NCBI GenBank assembly: GCA_902763555.1
Contig: CACWSI010000007.1
Location: forward strand, 1-52,217
Direction of reading: 5' to 3'
DNA length: 52,217 bases
From: an uncultured Erysipelotrichaceae bacterium
GTDB taxonomy: Bacteria; Bacillota_I; Bacilli_A; RFN20; CAG-826
Every line of letters begins with the position of its first letter. The first letter of the stretch is position 1. Below are positions 26,833-36,589 of the stretch, piece after piece. A program made the position numbers and the translations under genes. The notes below the pieces were generated by a model. It saw only the letters and a list, made by a program, of their open reading frames with translations. It was not told the origin of the DNA and did no database searches.

Positions 26833-29823
26833 ATGGGTTTTATTAAAAAATTACTAAAGCCTCGCGTTATTGTCTGGGCAGCGACCACATTAGTGCTTAC
26901 TGCTGTTCTCATTGTCGCAGACTATATGGCGATGAACAAATACGTCAAGTTAATCGAAGCGACTGACTTAGGCGGTGATAAACCAATCTTAGATCCAAAT
27001 CAAAAAGGTAATGCTTTTACCCCTGATTTCACTTCTAAAGATGCTGCATTCAATAATGGTAATGAAGTGGCTAAACAAATTTGTGAAGAAGGTATGATTC
27101 TTCTCAAAAATGATAACAACGCTTTACCACTCGCCAAAGGCGCTAAAGTTACAGTCTTTGGTAGAAACTCAATCGATTTAGTCTATGGTGGTTCAGGCTC
27201 CGCCGCTCCAGGTAAGAGTTCAAATCCTGCTTACCAAAAGAAATATGGTTGGAGAAAAACCATCAATGATTCATTGAAAGAAGCTGGCTTCTCTGTTAAC
27301 CCTGAAATGGAGAAATTCTACAGCAAACAAAAAGTTCGTGATCCTGAACCAGGCTTAGAAGATGCTTCTGGTCAACAAAAAGCCGTTGCTACTTTATTCC
27401 CAGGTGAAGCTTCATACGATAAGTACACAGATCCTGTTAAACAATCTTATGGTCAATATGGTGACGCAGCGCTTATTGTTGTTTCTCGTATCGCTGGTGA
27501 AGGTTGGGACCTCCCAAGACAAGCCTACGATAATGATCAACGTCACTATCTTGAATTAGATAATGCTGAAAGAGCATTAATCAAAGAAGTTGCCGCTTCT
27601 GGCAAATTCAAAAAGATTATTCTCTTACTTAACGGTTCTAACTATATCGATTTAGGTTTCTTATATGAAAGAACCAACTCCGCCGAATACAATGAATTCG
27701 GTAAATACATCGACGCTGTTATTAATGTCGGTAGCCCAGGTGCTAATGGTATTATGGCCTTAGGTGGCATCCTTGATGGCACAGTTAACCCATCCGGTCA
27801 TACAGTTGATACTGTTTACACATCCTATCAAAATGACCCAACATGGCAAAACTTCGGTGGCAATAAATCCTTCCAAAATCCAAATGGTACAGATAACTAT
27901 ACAAGAGGTGGTAATTCTTCCGATTATTATCTTGTTGAATATGAAGAAAACATCTATCTCGGTTATAGGTATTATGAAACACGTGGTAAAGTCGAAGGTG
28001 AAGATTGGTACAACGCTAACGTCGTTTATCCATTTGGTTATGGCTTAAGCTATACAGAATTCTCTCAAGAAATTACTAACGTTTCTGCTTTAGAAGGTGA
28101 AGCTTTAGAATATGGCAAGACCTTCAAAGTTCAAGTCGAAGTTAAGAACACAGGCAATGTCCCTGGTAAACAAGTCGTTCAACTCTATGCTTCCGCTCCA
28201 TATACCGCCGGTGGCATTGAAAAAGCTCACAAAGTCTTAGTCGGCTTTGCAAAAACAAAAGAATTAAAGAAGAACGAAACAGATACAGTTGAAATTACTG
28301 TTAATCCATATGATTTCGCTAGTTTCGATTCTCAAGACAAAAACGGCAATGGCTTTAAAGGTTATGAATTAGAAAAAGGCGAATATACCTTCTATGCAGG
28401 TACAGACGCTCATAATTCATTCGGTGAATTCAAAAAGACTTTAGCTGCTGATGTGCAAATTGATAAAGATCCAGTTACTCAAAATAAAGTCGAACCTTTA
28501 TTCCCAGAATTAACTGCGCACATGACTGAAAGCTTATCAAGAAGTGACTTCGCTGGCACATTCCCAAAACCAATCACTGATGCTGAACGTGCTCTTGATG
28601 AAGACACATTCGCTAAATTAAAATCTCAAGAATCCACAAATGATGAGACATATGACAAAGTCCCAACTATGGGTGCTGAAGTCAAATATACTCTCAGAGA
28701 TATGGCGGGTAAGAAATATGATGACCCAATGTGGGAAGAATTCCTCGATCAATTCACATTCGAAGAAATGCTCATGTTATTCAACGATGGTTGTTATTCC
28801 ACAGCCTCTATTACTCGTAAGATGAAAGTCATCAACGAAGAAACACACGAAGAGGAAGAAAAGAACGTTGTTATCGTTCCAAAGACAACCTCTGCGGATG
28901 GTCCAACTGGTATCGTTGGCTTCTTAGGTGATCCAAGTATTTATGGTTGCTGCTACTATCAATCAGAATGCTTATTAGCCCAAACATACAACGTTGAATT
29001 AGCCGACTTACAAGCCAAGGCTATCGGTAATGAATGTTTAATCGGTAATGAAGCTGGTGGTGGTCTTGCCTACCCAGGCTGGTATGCTCCAGGTGTTAAC
29101 TTACACCGTTCTCCATTCTCTGGCCGTAATACTGAATACTACTCCGAAGATCCATTCTTAAATGGTAGATTCGCTGGTAGAGTCATTAAAGGCGTTGCGG
29201 AAAAAGGTGTCTACGCTAACGTTAAACACTTCGCGGTTAATGACCAAGAAACACATAGATCCACAAAAGGTATCGCTACTTGGGTAGACGAACAAGCAAT
29301 GCGCGAACTCTATCTCAAAGCATTCGAAATGGCTGTTAAAGAAGGCGAAGCCCATGGCTTAATGACTTCCTTCAACCGTATCGGTACTGAATGGGCTGGT
29401 GGTTCCTATCGCTTATGCACAACCATCCTTAGAAAAGAATGGGGCTTCCAAGGTTCTGTCATTTGTGACTTCCATACAGACTTCTATATGGATAGTAAGC
29501 AAATGCTCTACGCTGGTGGTGACTTAAACCTCTGTGCTGATAAGGAAATTAAATTACAAACAAGTGGTAGATATAGCACCCCTTATGTCAAGGCTACTAA
29601 CGCTAAAGACGCTAACTTAGTGAGAAGAAGTGCTCATAACAACTTATTTGCATTAGCTAACTCCTGCGCGCTTAAGGTTGATGTCATTCGTTATGAAATG
29701 GCATGGTGGAAAGTCACATTCCGTGTTGTTGAAATCGCAATTCCTGTCGCTTTAGCAGGTTGGGGCTTCGCGGTTATCTTCACTGCTTTACGCAAGAAAG
29801 AAAAAGCCGCCGCTGCGGAATAG
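26833..29823 (+). CDS. Membrane-anchored domain-permuted GH3 beta-glycosidase with N- and C-terminal hydrophobic segments
   Basis: EEGMILLKN, YPFGYGLSY, DGPTG, GRNTEYYSEDP, KHFAVNDQE, TSFNRIG, nucleophile region ICDF. Confidence 0.93.
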   Translation: MGFIKKLLKPRVIVWAATTLVLTAVLIVADYMAMNKYVKLIEATDLGGDKPILDPNQKGNAFTPDFTSKDAAFNNGNEVAKQICEEGMILLKNDNNALPLAKGAKVTVFGRNSIDLVYGGSGSAAPGKSSNPAYQKKYGWRKTINDSLKEAGFSVNPEMEKFYSKQKVRDPEPGLEDASGQQKAVATLFPGEASYDKYTDPVKQSYGQYGDAALIVVSRIAGEGWDLPRQAYDNDQRHYLELDNAERALIKEVAASGKFKKIILLLNGSNYIDLGFLYERTNSAEYNEFGKYIDAVINVGSPGANGIMALGGILDGTVNPSGHTVDTVYTSYQNDPTWQNFGGNKSFQNPNGTDNYTRGGNSSDYYLVEYEENIYLGYRYYETRGKVEGEDWYNANVVYPFGYGLSYTEFSQEITNVSALEGEALEYGKTFKVQVEVKNTGNVPGKQVVQLYASAPYTAGGIEKAHKVLVGFAKTKELKKNETDTVEITVNPYDFASFDSQDKNGNGFKGYELEKGEYTFYAGTDAHNSFGEFKKTLAADVQIDKDPVTQNKVEPLFPELTAHMTESLSRSDFAGTFPKPITDAERALDEDTFAKLKSQESTNDETYDKVPTMGAEVKYTLRDMAGKKYDDPMWEEFLDQFTFEEMLMLFNDGCYSTASITRKMKVINEETHEEEEKNVVIVPKTTSADGPTGIVGFLGDPSIYGCCYYQSECLLAQTYNVELADLQAKAIGNECLIGNEAGGGLAYPGWYAPGVNLHRSPFSGRNTEYYSEDPFLNGRFAGRVIKGVAEKGVYANVKHFAVNDQETHRSTKGIATWVDEQAMRELYLKAFEMAVKEGEAHGLMTSFNRIGTEWAGGSYRLCTTILRKEWGFQGSVICDFHTDFYMDSKQMLYAGGDLNLCADKEIKLQTSGRYSTPYVKATNAKDANLVRRSAHNNLFALANSCALKVDVIRYEMAWWKVTFRVVEIAIPVALAGWGFAVIFTALRKKEKAAAAE

Positions 29824-29836
29824 TTAAAACTAAACT

Positions 29837-29865
29837 AAAAATGGATCTCACTGAGGTCCATTTTT
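29837..29865. terminator. Bidirectional terminator between the GH3 cluster and the lgt-like gene
   Basis: AAAAATGGATCTC-ACT-GAGGTCCATTTTT, with A/T tracts on both sides, between convergent genes. Confidence 0.88.
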
Positions 29866-29880
29866 ATTATGCTTTTTTAT

Positions 29881-30705
29881 CTATTCAGTAATGGCTTGTT
29901 TCTTTTCTTGGATCTTTTTATCAAAATAACGATATAAGAAGAAGAAAGCAATACCACCGATAACCATTAAGATTGACCAAAACTGAGAAGGAGTTAAACC
30001 TGGAATGAACTGTCCTCTATCATCGTCTCTAACAAATTCAATTAAGAATCTCCAGATACCATATCCGATTAAATAAACGGTCATATTGTATTTAAATTTA
30101 TATTTAAAGTATAAGAGAATCATTACTGCACTTATTATAAATAAGAAAATGGCCTCAAATAACTGCGTAGGGACGTGTTTAACGTGTTCCCCAGGGAATT
30201 GTACTCCAAACCATAAATCGGTCTCTATACCGCCACAACAGCCCGCACAGAAGCAACCTAATCTACCGAACGCATGGGCTAATGTGATTGAGATAGGGAC
30301 AAACATCAATAATTCCCATACACCTTTATTCATATCGGACTTAAAGATGTTATTTTCTTTGAGATGTGGATTAATTGCATAGACATAAATGAAATAGATA
30401 CCTAAATAGGCAATAACTCCCCCTAATAGGCCACCTAAGAATGTCATCTTACCAGTAATCTTAAATCCTTCACTTGGATTAGCAATGAAATCATAAATAG
30501 ATTGAGTGAATACCGCGAATAATAAGCCTAATGAAATAGCGAAGAAACCAATGATTAAAATAGTGTCTCTAGCGCTAGAGGAATAACCACTTTTTCTCAT
30601 CGCAATATAGGTAAAGACAAAACAAGCGATTAAGCCCACTAAAAAGCAAATCGCATACATATCGATTTCGATACCAAAGATATTAAAAAGTGGCTCAGGA
30701 ATCAT
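29881..30705 (-). CDS. lgt: Prolipoprotein diacylglyceryl transferase (Lgt) family protein with a non-canonical signature
   Basis: MTFLGGLLGG, GRLGCFCAGCCGG, VPTQLFE, WRFLIEFVR; 7-TM-like hydropathy. Confidence 0.85.
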   Translation of the reverse strand: MIPEPLFNIFGIEIDMYAICFLVGLIACFVFTYIAMRKSGYSSSARDTILIIGFFAISLGLLFAVFTQSIYDFIANPSEGFKITGKMTFLGGLLGGVIAYLGIYFIYVYAINPHLKENNIFKSDMNKGVWELLMFVPISITLAHAFGRLGCFCAGCCGGIETDLWFGVQFPGEHVKHVPTQLFEAIFLFIISAVMILLYFKYKFKYNMTVYLIGYGIWRFLIEFVRDDDRGQFIPGLTPSQFWSILMVIGGIAFFFLYRYFDKKIQEKKQAITE

Positions 30706-31471
30706 ATTTATGTCTCTCCATATTTATTAAAGTAACAATAATATGGCCAGCAGACAATAGTCCAAAAACAATTGTTAAAATCCAGAAGACAACATCCCAT
30801 GGATCACCAAAGGCAAAACCAAATTGAGTGAACATGCCACCGAAATTAAATAGAGCATGTAAAATTACACAATACCAAACACTACCCATCTTAATTTGGA
30901 TAACTGCAAACATACAGCCGATTAAGAAAGTATATGTCATTTGTAATAAAACACCCTCAATAGTGGCGCCTATAAATAAATTGAAGAGATGGAAGGCGGC
31001 GAATATCGCAGAAGAAATAAGAACAGAGAAGACATAAGGTAATTTAGTCCTTCTCATATAGGCGAAGACAAGGTTTAATAAAACCCCTCTAAAGACAAGT
31101 TCTTCCACAAGAGCGGTGGAGAAGACAAGAATGGCATACAACGCGATATAACCAGACATGGAGACGGTGACATTACCTGAAAAAACTCCAAACCATGGGA
31201 AATTAACAAGACATGTGATTAAACATGGTAGACACCACAATAATTTCTTTTTAGTGGTTCTATTTAAGAATAAATATTGCCTATCACCCATGATATAGAT
31301 GAGCCAAATGAAAAGCGCACCGATAGACAATTGATAGATAGTTCTACCAAGCATTGAATTAACAATAGGATCAGTGGTGAGAATCTTATTTTGCAATTCA
31401 AACAACACGAAAGTTGTTACCGCTAGCGCGACTAACGCTATGGTTACAAGGTATTTGGAGTACTTGTTCAT
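30695..31471 (-). CDS. CPBP (Abi / CAAX protease type II) family intramembrane protease
   Basis: All three motifs are present: EELVFRG (EExxxR), FAAFH (FxxxH), HALFN (HxxxN); multiple TMs. Confidence 0.93.
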   Translation of the reverse strand: MNKYSKYLVTIALVALAVTTFVLFELQNKILTTDPIVNSMLGRTIYQLSIGALFIWLIYIMGDRQYLFLNRTTKKKLLWCLPCLITCLVNFPWFGVFSGNVTVSMSGYIALYAILVFSTALVEELVFRGVLLNLVFAYMRRTKLPYVFSVLISSAIFAAFHLFNLFIGATIEGVLLQMTYTFLIGCMFAVIQIKMGSVWYCVILHALFNFGGMFTQFGFAFGDPWDVVFWILTIVFGLLSAGHIIVTLINMERHKYDS

Positions 31472-33156
31472 AATTGCTCCGCTAATTTTTCAGTTGGATC
31501 GTCACCAGTTGGGTTAACAATGGAATAACCAATATTGACTAAGTGGTCAGCCACTCTTTCTAATTCACTAACTAAAGTGGTGTAGAATGGAGAATTTTCC
31601 ACGTGACATGTTTTATTTTGGATACGCTCATAGTGAGCGGTACTTAAGGCATTCTTTAAATTATCTGTTTGATCTTCTAAATCGTGTAACTTCTTTAAGC
31701 TATCACTGCTCTTGTCGTGGAAGATAACAAATGTTAAATCAAACATCTGACAAATAACATCGAACATACTATCAAATTCTTTTTTGGCAACATCGGAGAA
31801 CTTCAAATCATTACTAACCATCTTTAATGATGATTCATAGAAGTTATAAGCATGGTCACCAATACGTTCAATATCGTTAACAACGTGGAAATAACTACCT
31901 AATGTCTTTTCATCTTTTAATGAAACGTTATGTGTTAAGTTGATTAAGAACTGTGTAATAGCGTTATTGATATAGTCAATCTTATCTTCGGTTTCGATAA
32001 GTTCTTTATCTTGTGAATTATCTTGAGTAAGGATACGTTGATAACCAAGTCTTAAGTTGTCATAAGAAAGATGCATCATACTGATGATTTCTCTTTTGAC
32101 CTGCATCATAGCGACGGTTGGTGTATCTAATAAGTGGTTATCAATATACTTGAGAGATTGTTTCATCTTCTCTTGTTCTTTATCTTTAACTAATTTAAAG
32201 GATAATTTCTCTAATGGTTTTACCAACGGTAAAGCCGCGAGCATGAAGATCACGTTATAAGCGATATGGAATAACGCCATTGCTAAAGCACGGCCTTCTT
32301 TCTTGGTGAAATCAAATGCGGCATAGAAGCCAGAAGCAATTTGATTTGTTAATGGCCAGCAAATAGCTAACGCAATTAAAGCGGCTAATATACGTATAAT
32401 CAATACAATCAAACCGGTACGTTTAACATTAACGTTGCCACCGATTGTTTGAATCAAAAGAGTGATGACGGTACCGATTGTAGCGCCTAAAATCAAGTAC
32501 ATAGCTTGTTCAAACTGTAAGACACCAGAACCGGTAATAGCAACGATAATACTGGTGGAAGCCGAACTGGATTGCATTAAAGCAGTAACAACCGCACCAA
32601 TTAATAAGAGTAATAGTGGGAAGTTAACCGCACTAAAGAAATCACTAACGAGTTTAACTAATTGAGGATTACCTGTCTCTGTATCTAAAACACCACTCAT
32701 AGTGTTTAAACCAAAGAATAAGATACCTAAACCAGTTAGAATTTCACCGACGTTTCTAATTGGTTCTTTTTTAAAGAACATTAAGATAACACCGATGACG
32801 GCGATAACAATAAGATATTTAGAAATCTTTACTGTAGATAAAGCGGCAAGCAAACCAGTAACAGTGGTACCAACATAGGCACCTAAGACTGTATTAACAC
32901 CTTGGAATACTGTCATTGCGCCGGCACCGATAAAACCGATAACCATGACGCCAGTGGCCGCACTGCTTTGCACCAACATGGTTACAGTGGTACCGATACC
33001 AAAGCACGCAAATCTATTGTTTCTAATCTTCTTTAATAACTTCTTTAAACTTGGTCCTGTTGATTTCTTTAAACCAGAGGACATCATGTTCATACCAACG
33101 ATAAATACCGCGGCGCCTACAAATAATGTAATAATACTTAATGCTAAATCATTCAT
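31468..33156 (-). CDS. Na+/Pi cotransporter family protein with C-terminal PhoU-like domain
   Basis: Repeated QSSSA motifs (VQSSAATG, MQSSSASTS), GATIGT; cytoplasmic EDKIDY..N and NDIERIGDHA. Confidence 0.92.
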   Translation of the reverse strand: MNDLALSIITLFVGAAVFIVGMNMMSSGLKKSTGPSLKKLLKKIRNNRFACFGIGTTVTMLVQSSAATGVMVIGFIGAGAMTVFQGVNTVLGAYVGTTVTGLLAALSTVKISKYLIVIAVIGVILMFFKKEPIRNVGEILTGLGILFFGLNTMSGVLDTETGNPQLVKLVSDFFSAVNFPLLLLLIGAVVTALMQSSSASTSIIVAITGSGVLQFEQAMYLILGATIGTVITLLIQTIGGNVNVKRTGLIVLIIRILAALIALAICWPLTNQIASGFYAAFDFTKKEGRALAMALFHIAYNVIFMLAALPLVKPLEKLSFKLVKDKEQEKMKQSLKYIDNHLLDTPTVAMMQVKREIISMMHLSYDNLRLGYQRILTQDNSQDKELIETEDKIDYINNAITQFLINLTHNVSLKDEKTLGSYFHVVNDIERIGDHAYNFYESSLKMVSNDLKFSDVAKKEFDSMFDVICQMFDLTFVIFHDKSSDSLKKLHDLEDQTDNLKNALSTAHYERIQNKTCHVENSPFYTTLVSELERVADHLVNIGYSIVNPTGDDPTEKLAEQL

Positions 33157-33198
33157 ACCTTATATTATTAAAAAACATTTATCGATTATGTTCAATAA

Positions 33199-33227
33199 TT
33201 GATAACAACATATCATCATGATATCAT
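33199..33227 (+). promoter_or_regulatory. TA promoter with a palindromic operator
   Basis: TTGATA-17 nt-TATCAT with extended TG; inverted repeat ATATCAT-C-ATGATAT at 33210-33224 overlaps the spacer and -10. Confidence 0.65.
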
Positions 33228-33261
33228 TATAACGACAAGATAACGATATGGAGGTACTACT

Positions 33262-33534
33262 ATGGAAATTATTCCTTCTGCAGAAATTAGACTGAATTAC
33301 AATGGCGTTGTGGAAAAATGTAAAGAATCAGGCGAACCAGTCTACTTAACAAGAAATGGTCAAGGCGAATTGGTAGTTATGGACATTGCTTCTTTTGAGA
33401 AAAAGCAACAAGAGCTAAAAGCTCAACAATTGGTCCTAGAAGCTTTAGCGGATGAATTGTTTGGCTCTAAAACATATTCAAATGAAGAAGTTTTTTCTGA
33501 CCTCGATAAAATGCTTAGCGAGGCTAAAAAATGA
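33262..33534 (+). CDS. Phd/YefM family antitoxin
   Basis: IIPSAEIR.NY..V...C.ESGEPVYLTRNGQGELVVM. Confidence 0.9.
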   Translation: MEIIPSAEIRLNYNGVVEKCKESGEPVYLTRNGQGELVVMDIASFEKKQQELKAQQLVLEALADELFGSKTYSNEEVFSDLDKMLSEAKK

Positions 33535-33842
33535 ATAACTACAACATAGAATGGAGTAATAAGGCAAGGGAAGACTTGTTTAATCATTTTTCTTTCCTTC
33601 TAAATGTATCGTATGAAGCTGCCTCAAATTTTGTAACGCTGATGAAAGAGGAAATTGTTTCTTTATCACAACTGCCTCAAAGATATCCTATTTTTGAAAT
33701 GAACAATATAATATCCACCATAGAATTTAGAAAAATGGTTGTTGATAAACGTTACATTGTCATCTATGCAGTCTACAAAACCTCGGTGAAAATATATCGA
33801 ATATTGGATTCTCGCAAAAAATTCGAAACACTAGTGGGCTAA
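33531..33842 (+). CDS. RelE/ParE family toxin
   Basis: YNIEWSNKAREDL, L..LPQRYP, FRKMVVDKRYIVIY, VKIYRILDSR; ATGA overlap with the antitoxin. Confidence 0.88.
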   Translation: MNNYNIEWSNKAREDLFNHFSFLLNVSYEAASNFVTLMKEEIVSLSQLPQRYPIFEMNNIISTIEFRKMVVDKRYIVIYAVYKTSVKIYRILDSRKKFETLVG

Positions 33843-33933
33843 GAAATAATCAGGTGATAAACAATTCTTTTCTCTTTGTTTCAACAAAGAATGTAAGTAT
33901 AATTACTACGGAAATAAAAAGGAGAAAACTCAC

Positions 33934-34680
33934 ATGCATAAATTAGTATTAATTAGACATGGTGAATCCGAATGGAACAAACTCAACCTCTTCACAGGTT
34001 GGACTGATGTCGAATTAAGTGAAAAAGGTGTTGAAGAAGCTCACCGTGCTGGTAGAACTTTAAAAGAAAAGGGTTATGACTTTGATGTCGTTCATACCTC
34101 TTTATTAAAGAGAGCTATTCACACAATGAACAATGTCTTATTTGAATTAGACAGAGAATGGTTACCAGTTTACAAATCCTGGAGATTAAATGAACGTCAC
34201 TATGGTGCTCTTCAAGGTTTAAACAAAGCTGAAACCGCCGCTAAATATGGTGAAGAACAAGTTAAGATTTGGAGAAGAAGCTATGATTGCCCACCTCCAG
34301 CTCTTGAAAAAGACGATCCACGTAACCCAGCTTTACAAGCTCAATTCAGAGATGTTGATCCAAAAGATTTACCATTAAATGAATCCTTAGAATTAACAGT
34401 TAAAAGAGCAGTTCCATATTTTGAAGAAGTTATCAAACCAGAAATGGAAGCTGGTAAGAGAGTCCTTATCGTTGCCCATGGTAACTCTTTAAGAGCTTTA
34501 GTTAAATACTTCGACAATATGGCGGATTCCGAAATCGTCGGTGTTAACATCCCAACAGGTGTCCCACTAGTGTATGAATTTGATGACAATATGAAAGCCA
34601 TCAATCATTACTACTTAATGGACGAAGAAGAACTCAAAAAACAAATGGAAGCTGTTGCTAACCAAGGCAAAGCAAAATAA
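33934..34680 (+). CDS. gpmA: 2,3-bisphosphoglycerate-dependent phosphoglycerate mutase
   Basis: [45 protein letters not shown]. Confidence 0.98.
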   Translation: MHKLVLIRHGESEWNKLNLFTGWTDVELSEKGVEEAHRAGRTLKEKGYDFDVVHTSLLKRAIHTMNNVLFELDREWLPVYKSWRLNERHYGALQGLNKAETAAKYGEEQVKIWRRSYDCPPPALEKDDPRNPALQAQFRDVDPKDLPLNESLELTVKRAVPYFEEVIKPEMEAGKRVLIVAHGNSLRALVKYFDNMADSEIVGVNIPTGVPLVYEFDDNMKAINHYYLMDEEELKKQMEAVANQGKAK

Positions 34681-34702
34681 TTAGGAATAACCGAATAAAA
34701 TT

Positions 34703-34726
34703 GCCACGCTAGTTCGTGGCTTTTTT
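34703..34726 (+). terminator. Intrinsic terminator after gpmA
   Basis: GCCACG-CTAGTT-CGTGGC plus U-tract. Confidence 0.85.
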
Positions 34727-34860
34727 GTTTTTTGACAAATTAGAAATAAACAAAACCTTATTTTTGTAATAAAAAAGCCAAAAAGTTTTGAATGCATGAG
34801 AAAAAAATGTTGATTATTTGTCTTTTTTAACTAAAATCGCCTTGAAAGGAAATTCAGAGT

Positions 34861-35661
34861 ATGAATACAAAAACAAAAACAATTTTAGCTGGCGTAATCG
34901 CAACTATTTCGCTTTGTATGTCAGCAAAGGCAGTTACGGATAGGCACTTTAACGGGGTCGATGCTGCTGGATATAATAGCCCTGCAACTTTATGGCCACA
35001 GGACTATAACGATTTTATTAACAAAGATTATGCTCCTGTTAAGTATCACACATTCACTAGCCCATCATATAGAGTTGGCGTGATGGGGCATAGAAGAGTA
35101 GTTAGATTTGGAGGGAACTTTAAGTTAAAGGTTGTCGAAGTTGAAAAGTATTGTGATTACAAGAGTGCTGGTAGTCTATCATCTTTCGTTGTTCAAACAA
35201 CCACAACAAGCAGTTTTACTAAAGAAGTGAGTGTTTCGACTTCAATGGCAGTTTCTTTTACTCAACTAGTCAAAGCATCGGTTACATTTGAAAGCATGGC
35301 AAGCGTAGGTATTGAAAATTCAATGACTGAACAACTCACAAACACACTTTCAGTTTCTTATTGCAGATCGTTGACTTCAACTCGCACAATCGACGAAACG
35401 CTGAATATGAACAATATACTTGATGGTAAAAGCCTTTTTAGATATAGCAGAGTAGCTTTAGTTTTAGATGTAGAAGTATTAGAGAGATGGTCTGAAGAAA
35501 ATCAATGGTTTAGGGGCTGGGTTCCATTTGGTGTAGATCGTAATCCATTTTATGCTAGATATTACATAAGCGAAGCGGATATGATTGTATATAGCGATGG
35601 CACTTTTGGTGACAAAGTTATTGGAGAATTCAGACTAAATGAAAATATTAAGAGCTATTAA
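34861..35661 (+). CDS. Secreted hypothetical protein with a Ser/Thr-rich amphipathic beta region (possible aerolysin/ETX-MTX2-like pore former)
   Basis: Signal peptide ending AKA; central TTTTSSFTKEVSVSTSMAVSF...LTNTLSVSY pattern. Confidence 0.55.
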   Translation: MNTKTKTILAGVIATISLCMSAKAVTDRHFNGVDAAGYNSPATLWPQDYNDFINKDYAPVKYHTFTSPSYRVGVMGHRRVVRFGGNFKLKVVEVEKYCDYKSAGSLSSFVVQTTTTSSFTKEVSVSTSMAVSFTQLVKASVTFESMASVGIENSMTEQLTNTLSVSYCRSLTSTRTIDETLNMNNILDGKSLFRYSRVALVLDVEVLERWSEENQWFRGWVPFGVDRNPFYARYYISEADMIVYSDGTFGDKVIGEFRLNENIKSY

Positions 35662-36589
35662 TAAAATCAAAAACTATGCATTTGAGTTTTTAGTAGCCTT
35701 TGCGTGTTTCTTCTCATTATATTTACCGTTTTCAACCTTTACTCCTTATAGAAAAGCATTCAATAAGTTGAGTGATGATTATATTTACTCGTTTAACGTT
35801 GAATCGTCTCTTTTTGAAAACGCTAGAGATATAGCTTTATATCACTATGAATATGAGGAAGATGGAACAACACTAATTCTAAATAAAAAAGGTCTAAAAA
35901 TGGGCGCACCGCTTATAGCGGACGCCCCTTTAGGCATTTATTTGTTTGATATAAATCAAAGCATTAATTTCGAATCCAATGTCAAGGTTTCAGTAAAAAG
36001 CAATAATGCCTTAACACAACAAAAGATAAAAACTGACTTTGGTGAAATTGCGCTAGATATCGTTTATATATTGCTTGATGAAACTATAGATAGTCATTAT
36101 GAATGCGAATACAAGTTTTGCCCACATAATGAAGCTCCTGCTGTTAGAGATGACATGACACTCCGTGAATCATTTTCTGCGACAGGCAAATCAATCAAAA
36201 ATAGCCTACTTTCGTCAAGTAACAATATGGGCGTGATTTTGATTTTAATTGCAACCATCCCTGCAACTATTATGCTTTTTGCTATGTTCTTTTATTACAC
36301 AATGCAAATTGAAAAAGAGAGTAAAAGAATAATAATTGATTATGTTTTTTATAAGCCAAAGAAAAAACTTACCTTCCAAGTTTTCTTGAAATATTTCGGT
36401 AGGTCGGGCGTATTTGTTATTGTTTCAGCAATCATTAATTACTTTATATTTGTCCAAGTTGGTCTAGAACTATTGTTCGTACCACTAGTTATCTTCTTTG
36501 TAATTGATTCAATATATTTGTTTGCTGTTACAAACGCTAATGTTAAACGAATTTTAAAAGAAGGAGTTGATATTAAATATGTTAATTAA
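35639..36589 (+). CDS. Putative ABC transporter permease (divergent FtsX-like topology)
   Basis: N-terminal TM, extracellular domain, three C-terminal TMs; overlaps both neighbours. Confidence 0.6.
   Translation: MKILRAINKIKNYAFEFLVAFACFFSLYLPFSTFTPYRKAFNKLSDDYIYSFNVESSLFENARDIALYHYEYEEDGTTLILNKKGLKMGAPLIADAPLGIYLFDINQSINFESNVKVSVKSNNALTQQKIKTDFGEIALDIVYILLDETIDSHYECEYKFCPHNEAPAVRDDMTLRESFSATGKSIKNSLLSSSNNMGVILILIATIPATIMLFAMFFYYTMQIEKESKRIIIDYVFYKPKKKLTFQVFLKYFGRSGVFVIVSAIINYFIFVQVGLELLFVPLVIFFVIDSIYLFAVTNANVKRILKEGVDIKYVN

Noticed and set aside
18505-29355. Numerous 60-170 aa alternative-frame and antisense ORFs within the GH3 genes
   Set aside because: By-products of strong codon bias; their recurrence in paralogs reflects DNA similarity, not independent genes.
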